A stretch of 56,556 nt of DNA from a virus: IMG/VR virus record IMGVR_UViG_3300009529_000009. One strand, written 5' to 3'. The translations under genes and the position numbers were made by a program. Each line of letters starts with the position of its first letter. Positions within the stretch are counted from its first letter, which is position 1. The notes beneath the pieces are model-generated. The model saw only the letters and a program-made list of their open reading frames with translations. It had not been told where the DNA came from and made no database searches. Positions 55,383 through 56,556 of the stretch are shown in pieces.

Positions 55383-56001
55383 GAAGATGGCCCGCGACTA
55401 CCCCCACCTCGCTCTCCGCGCTGCCGTCATGGAGTACCGTGCCGAGTCGGGCAAGCACGGCCTGCTCACCTGCAACGGCCTCGGTCTCGGTCGCGGCGTC
55501 AAGCACGAGTGGGACATGGGCAAGGGCACGAAGAACTGGTCGTGGTCGAAGCACCTGGTCTCCGAGGGTCTGCTCCCGAAGGACTGGGTCACCCTCGCGG
55601 TCAGCAAGGGCCTGATCCCGATGGACTGGGACTCGTACTCGGTCGAGGCGAAGGCGATGCGCGACATGGTCCTGCAGTGTCGCGAGCAGGAAGCGAACCT
55701 GGCGGCTGCGCTTCCCGTCAAGCAACGCTTGGCCGTGCTCGCCAAGGGCGTGAAGGAAGAGACGAAGAAGAAGGTCGAGAAGGAAGTCACAGGAACCGTG
55801 TACGGGGACTTGTGGATCGCGGCGCGGGTCACGACGAAGAAGGCCGAGAAGGCGAAGAAGGAACTGCTGTCGCCGGACTGGGCGAAGGTCGCTCAGCCGA
55901 AGCCGACGGACGAGGTCAAGAGCGCCCGGCGCGAGGCGAAGAAGCGCTTCCGCGCTGCGGTCAGCAGGGCGACGAAGCTGTGCGCCGTGAGAGGAGAGTA
56001 G
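55375..56001 (+). CDS. hypothetical protein (209 aa) with Lys/Glu-rich C-terminal half; shares first 10 codons with gene at 56235
   Basis: Begins MTEKMARD. The 29-nt 5' region is identical to 56236..56264. Overlaps the upstream stop by 8 nt. Confidence 0.6.
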   Translation: MTEKMARDYPHLALRAAVMEYRAESGKHGLLTCNGLGLGRGVKHEWDMGKGTKNWSWSKHLVSEGLLPKDWVTLAVSKGLIPMDWDSYSVEAKAMRDMVLQCREQEANLAAALPVKQRLAVLAKGVKEETKKKVEKEVTGTVYGDLWIAARVTTKKAEKAKKELLSPDWAKVAQPKPTDEVKSARREAKKRFRAAVSRATKLCAVRGE

Positions 56002-56109
56002 CATGCTGAGCAAGGAGATCATGCAGGAGATGGAGAGGCTGCGCGGGCGAAGGAGAAGGCAAGGGCCTTCGACGCAGCAGTCGCCCTGGCGGGCAAGTAG
56101 TACAGCAAC

Positions 56110-56148
56110 GGCCGCACCACCGGCCTGTCTGGTGGTGCGGCCGTTTTG
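56110..56148 (+). terminator. Rho-independent terminator GGCCGCACCACC-ggcctgtct-GGTGGTGCGGCC-GTTTTGG
   Basis: Perfect 12-bp GC-rich stem with a U-tract. Followed by the AT-rich palindrome TTGAAAAACTTcacAAGTTTTTCAA (56153..56177). Confidence 0.65.
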
Positions 56149-56185
56149 GCGGTTGAAAAACTTCACAAGTTTTTCAACTTCGTCG

Positions 56186-56213
56186 TTGACTCGGGAGCCG
56201 TATCTGGTATACT
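56186..56213 (+). promoter_or_regulatory. sigma70-like promoter TTGACT-N16-TATACT (TGg-extended)
   Basis: Directly downstream of the terminator and the AT-rich palindrome. Drives the [10 protein letters not shown] small ORF and the next gene. Confidence 0.5.
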
Positions 56214-56234
56214 GCAGGTGTGAAGGAGGCGGAT

Positions 56235-56402
56235 ATGAAGATGACTGAGAAGATGGCCCGCGACCTGCAGTACTGGTTCGGCCCGAGTAGCTCGGTGTAC
56301 GAAGCAATGACCCCGGTCGAGGTCGGGATGACGGTCGAGGCGAAGATGACGGTCAACCGCGTGTCGGTGCTCCGGCGCGTAGAAGAGGAGAGTGCAGCAT
56401 GA
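56235..56402 (+). CDS. small protein (55 aa) beginning [10 protein letters not shown]
   Basis: GGAGG RBS 5 nt upstream. Its stop overlaps the next start (ATGA). Confidence 0.45.
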   Translation: MKMTEKMARDLQYWFGPSSSVYEAMTPVEVGMTVEAKMTVNRVSVLRRVEEESAA

Positions 56403-56556
56403 CGATGATGCCCGATGTCGGCGACATCATGACGTACGAGCAGGGCGAAATGGACGTGGAGGAGACGATCGTTTTCTTCGGGCAGCTTGTCGAGAGCGGC
56501 ATGGCCTGGAAGCTCCAGGGCAGCTACGGCCGCACGGCTATGTCGCTGATCAAGCA
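56399..56556 (+). CDS. hypothetical protein, 3'-truncated by window end ([22 protein letters not shown]...)
   Basis: ATGA-coupled start. Open to the window edge. Confidence 0.5.
   Translation, partial: MTMMPDVGDIMTYEQGEMDVEETIVFFGQLVESGMAWKLQGSYGRTAMSLIK

Larger units (their letters stand above)
28279..56556. repeat. Right arm of whole-window perfect inverted duplication
   Basis: Mirror of 1..28278. Genes lie predominantly on + in this arm, so it is used as the reference orientation. Confidence 0.97.

Noticed and set aside
56003-56248. 81-aa ORF starting at ATG 56003 with a good RBS
   Set aside because: The reading frame runs straight through the intrinsic terminator hairpin and the downstream promoter before reaching a stop. 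At most a short N-terminal peptide could be real, so it is not reported as a gene.
1-56556. Interpretation as a hairpin-telomere (protelomerase-type) dimer junction or poxvirus-like terminal hairpin
   Set aside because: The symmetry centre is inside a protein-coding sequence, truncating it, rather than at a terminus with a telomere-resolution site. No protelomerase-like gene was seen. This reading is not excluded, but the sequence does not favour it.
1-56556. tRNA / rRNA genes
   Set aside because: No cloverleaf-like or rRNA-like segments were recognised by eye in intergenic regions. Intergenic space is very limited.

Overview
The 56,556-nt window is a single, apparently perfect inverted duplication. 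Position i is the reverse complement of position 56557-i. The symmetry centre falls between 28278 and 28279, inside the local palindrome cgcatcGGCCgatgcg, and both window ends are mutual reverse complements. Every ORF of 60 aa or more has an identical twin at 56557-x on the opposite strand. The unique content is therefore about 28.3 kb, present once as arm 2 (28279..56556, genes mostly on +) and once as arm 1 (1..28278, same genes on -).

The fold-back point lies inside the coding sequence of an XRE-type HTH regulator. That gene is 5'-truncated and appears as two divergent fragments flanking the centre. This location argues for a fold-back chimera or snap-back molecule (assembly or amplification artefact, missed-adapter long read, or a genuine replicative snap-back) rather than a telomere.

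The unique 28.3 kb is a high-GC partial genome of a tailed, dsDNA phage-like element. It carries:
- a replication/recombination module: a fused family-4 UDG and family-A DNA polymerase, a gp32-like zinc-binding SSB candidate with a very long Pro/Ala/Met/Gln-rich region, a RecA-superfamily recombinase, a 5'-3' FEN nuclease, an Mre11/SbcD-like and a Rad50/SbcC-like pair, and an Hjc-like PD-(D/E)xK nuclease;
- packaging genes: a large terminase interrupted by a LAGLIDADG-type intein, and a portal candidate;
- an HU-like protein, a ribbon-helix-helix (RHH) protein, a PAPS-reductase (PP-loop) family protein, and a small NrdD-C-terminal-like glycyl-radical-domain protein.

Most strikingly, it also encodes a roughly 895-aa full-length homologue of eukaryotic Major Vault Protein (MVP; N-terminal repeats, shoulder domain and cap-helix coiled coil). 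This is followed, after a tight GAAA-tetraloop hairpin, by a GroES-like co-chaperonin with an acidic N-terminal extension.

Two near-identical sigma70-like promoter modules (TTGAYY-N16-TATACT preceded by an AAGTTTTTCA palindrome) each drive a gene beginning with the same 29-nt initiation region ([10 protein letters not shown]). No tail, major capsid, lysin, tRNA or CRISPR feature was recognised, so the arm is a partial genome.
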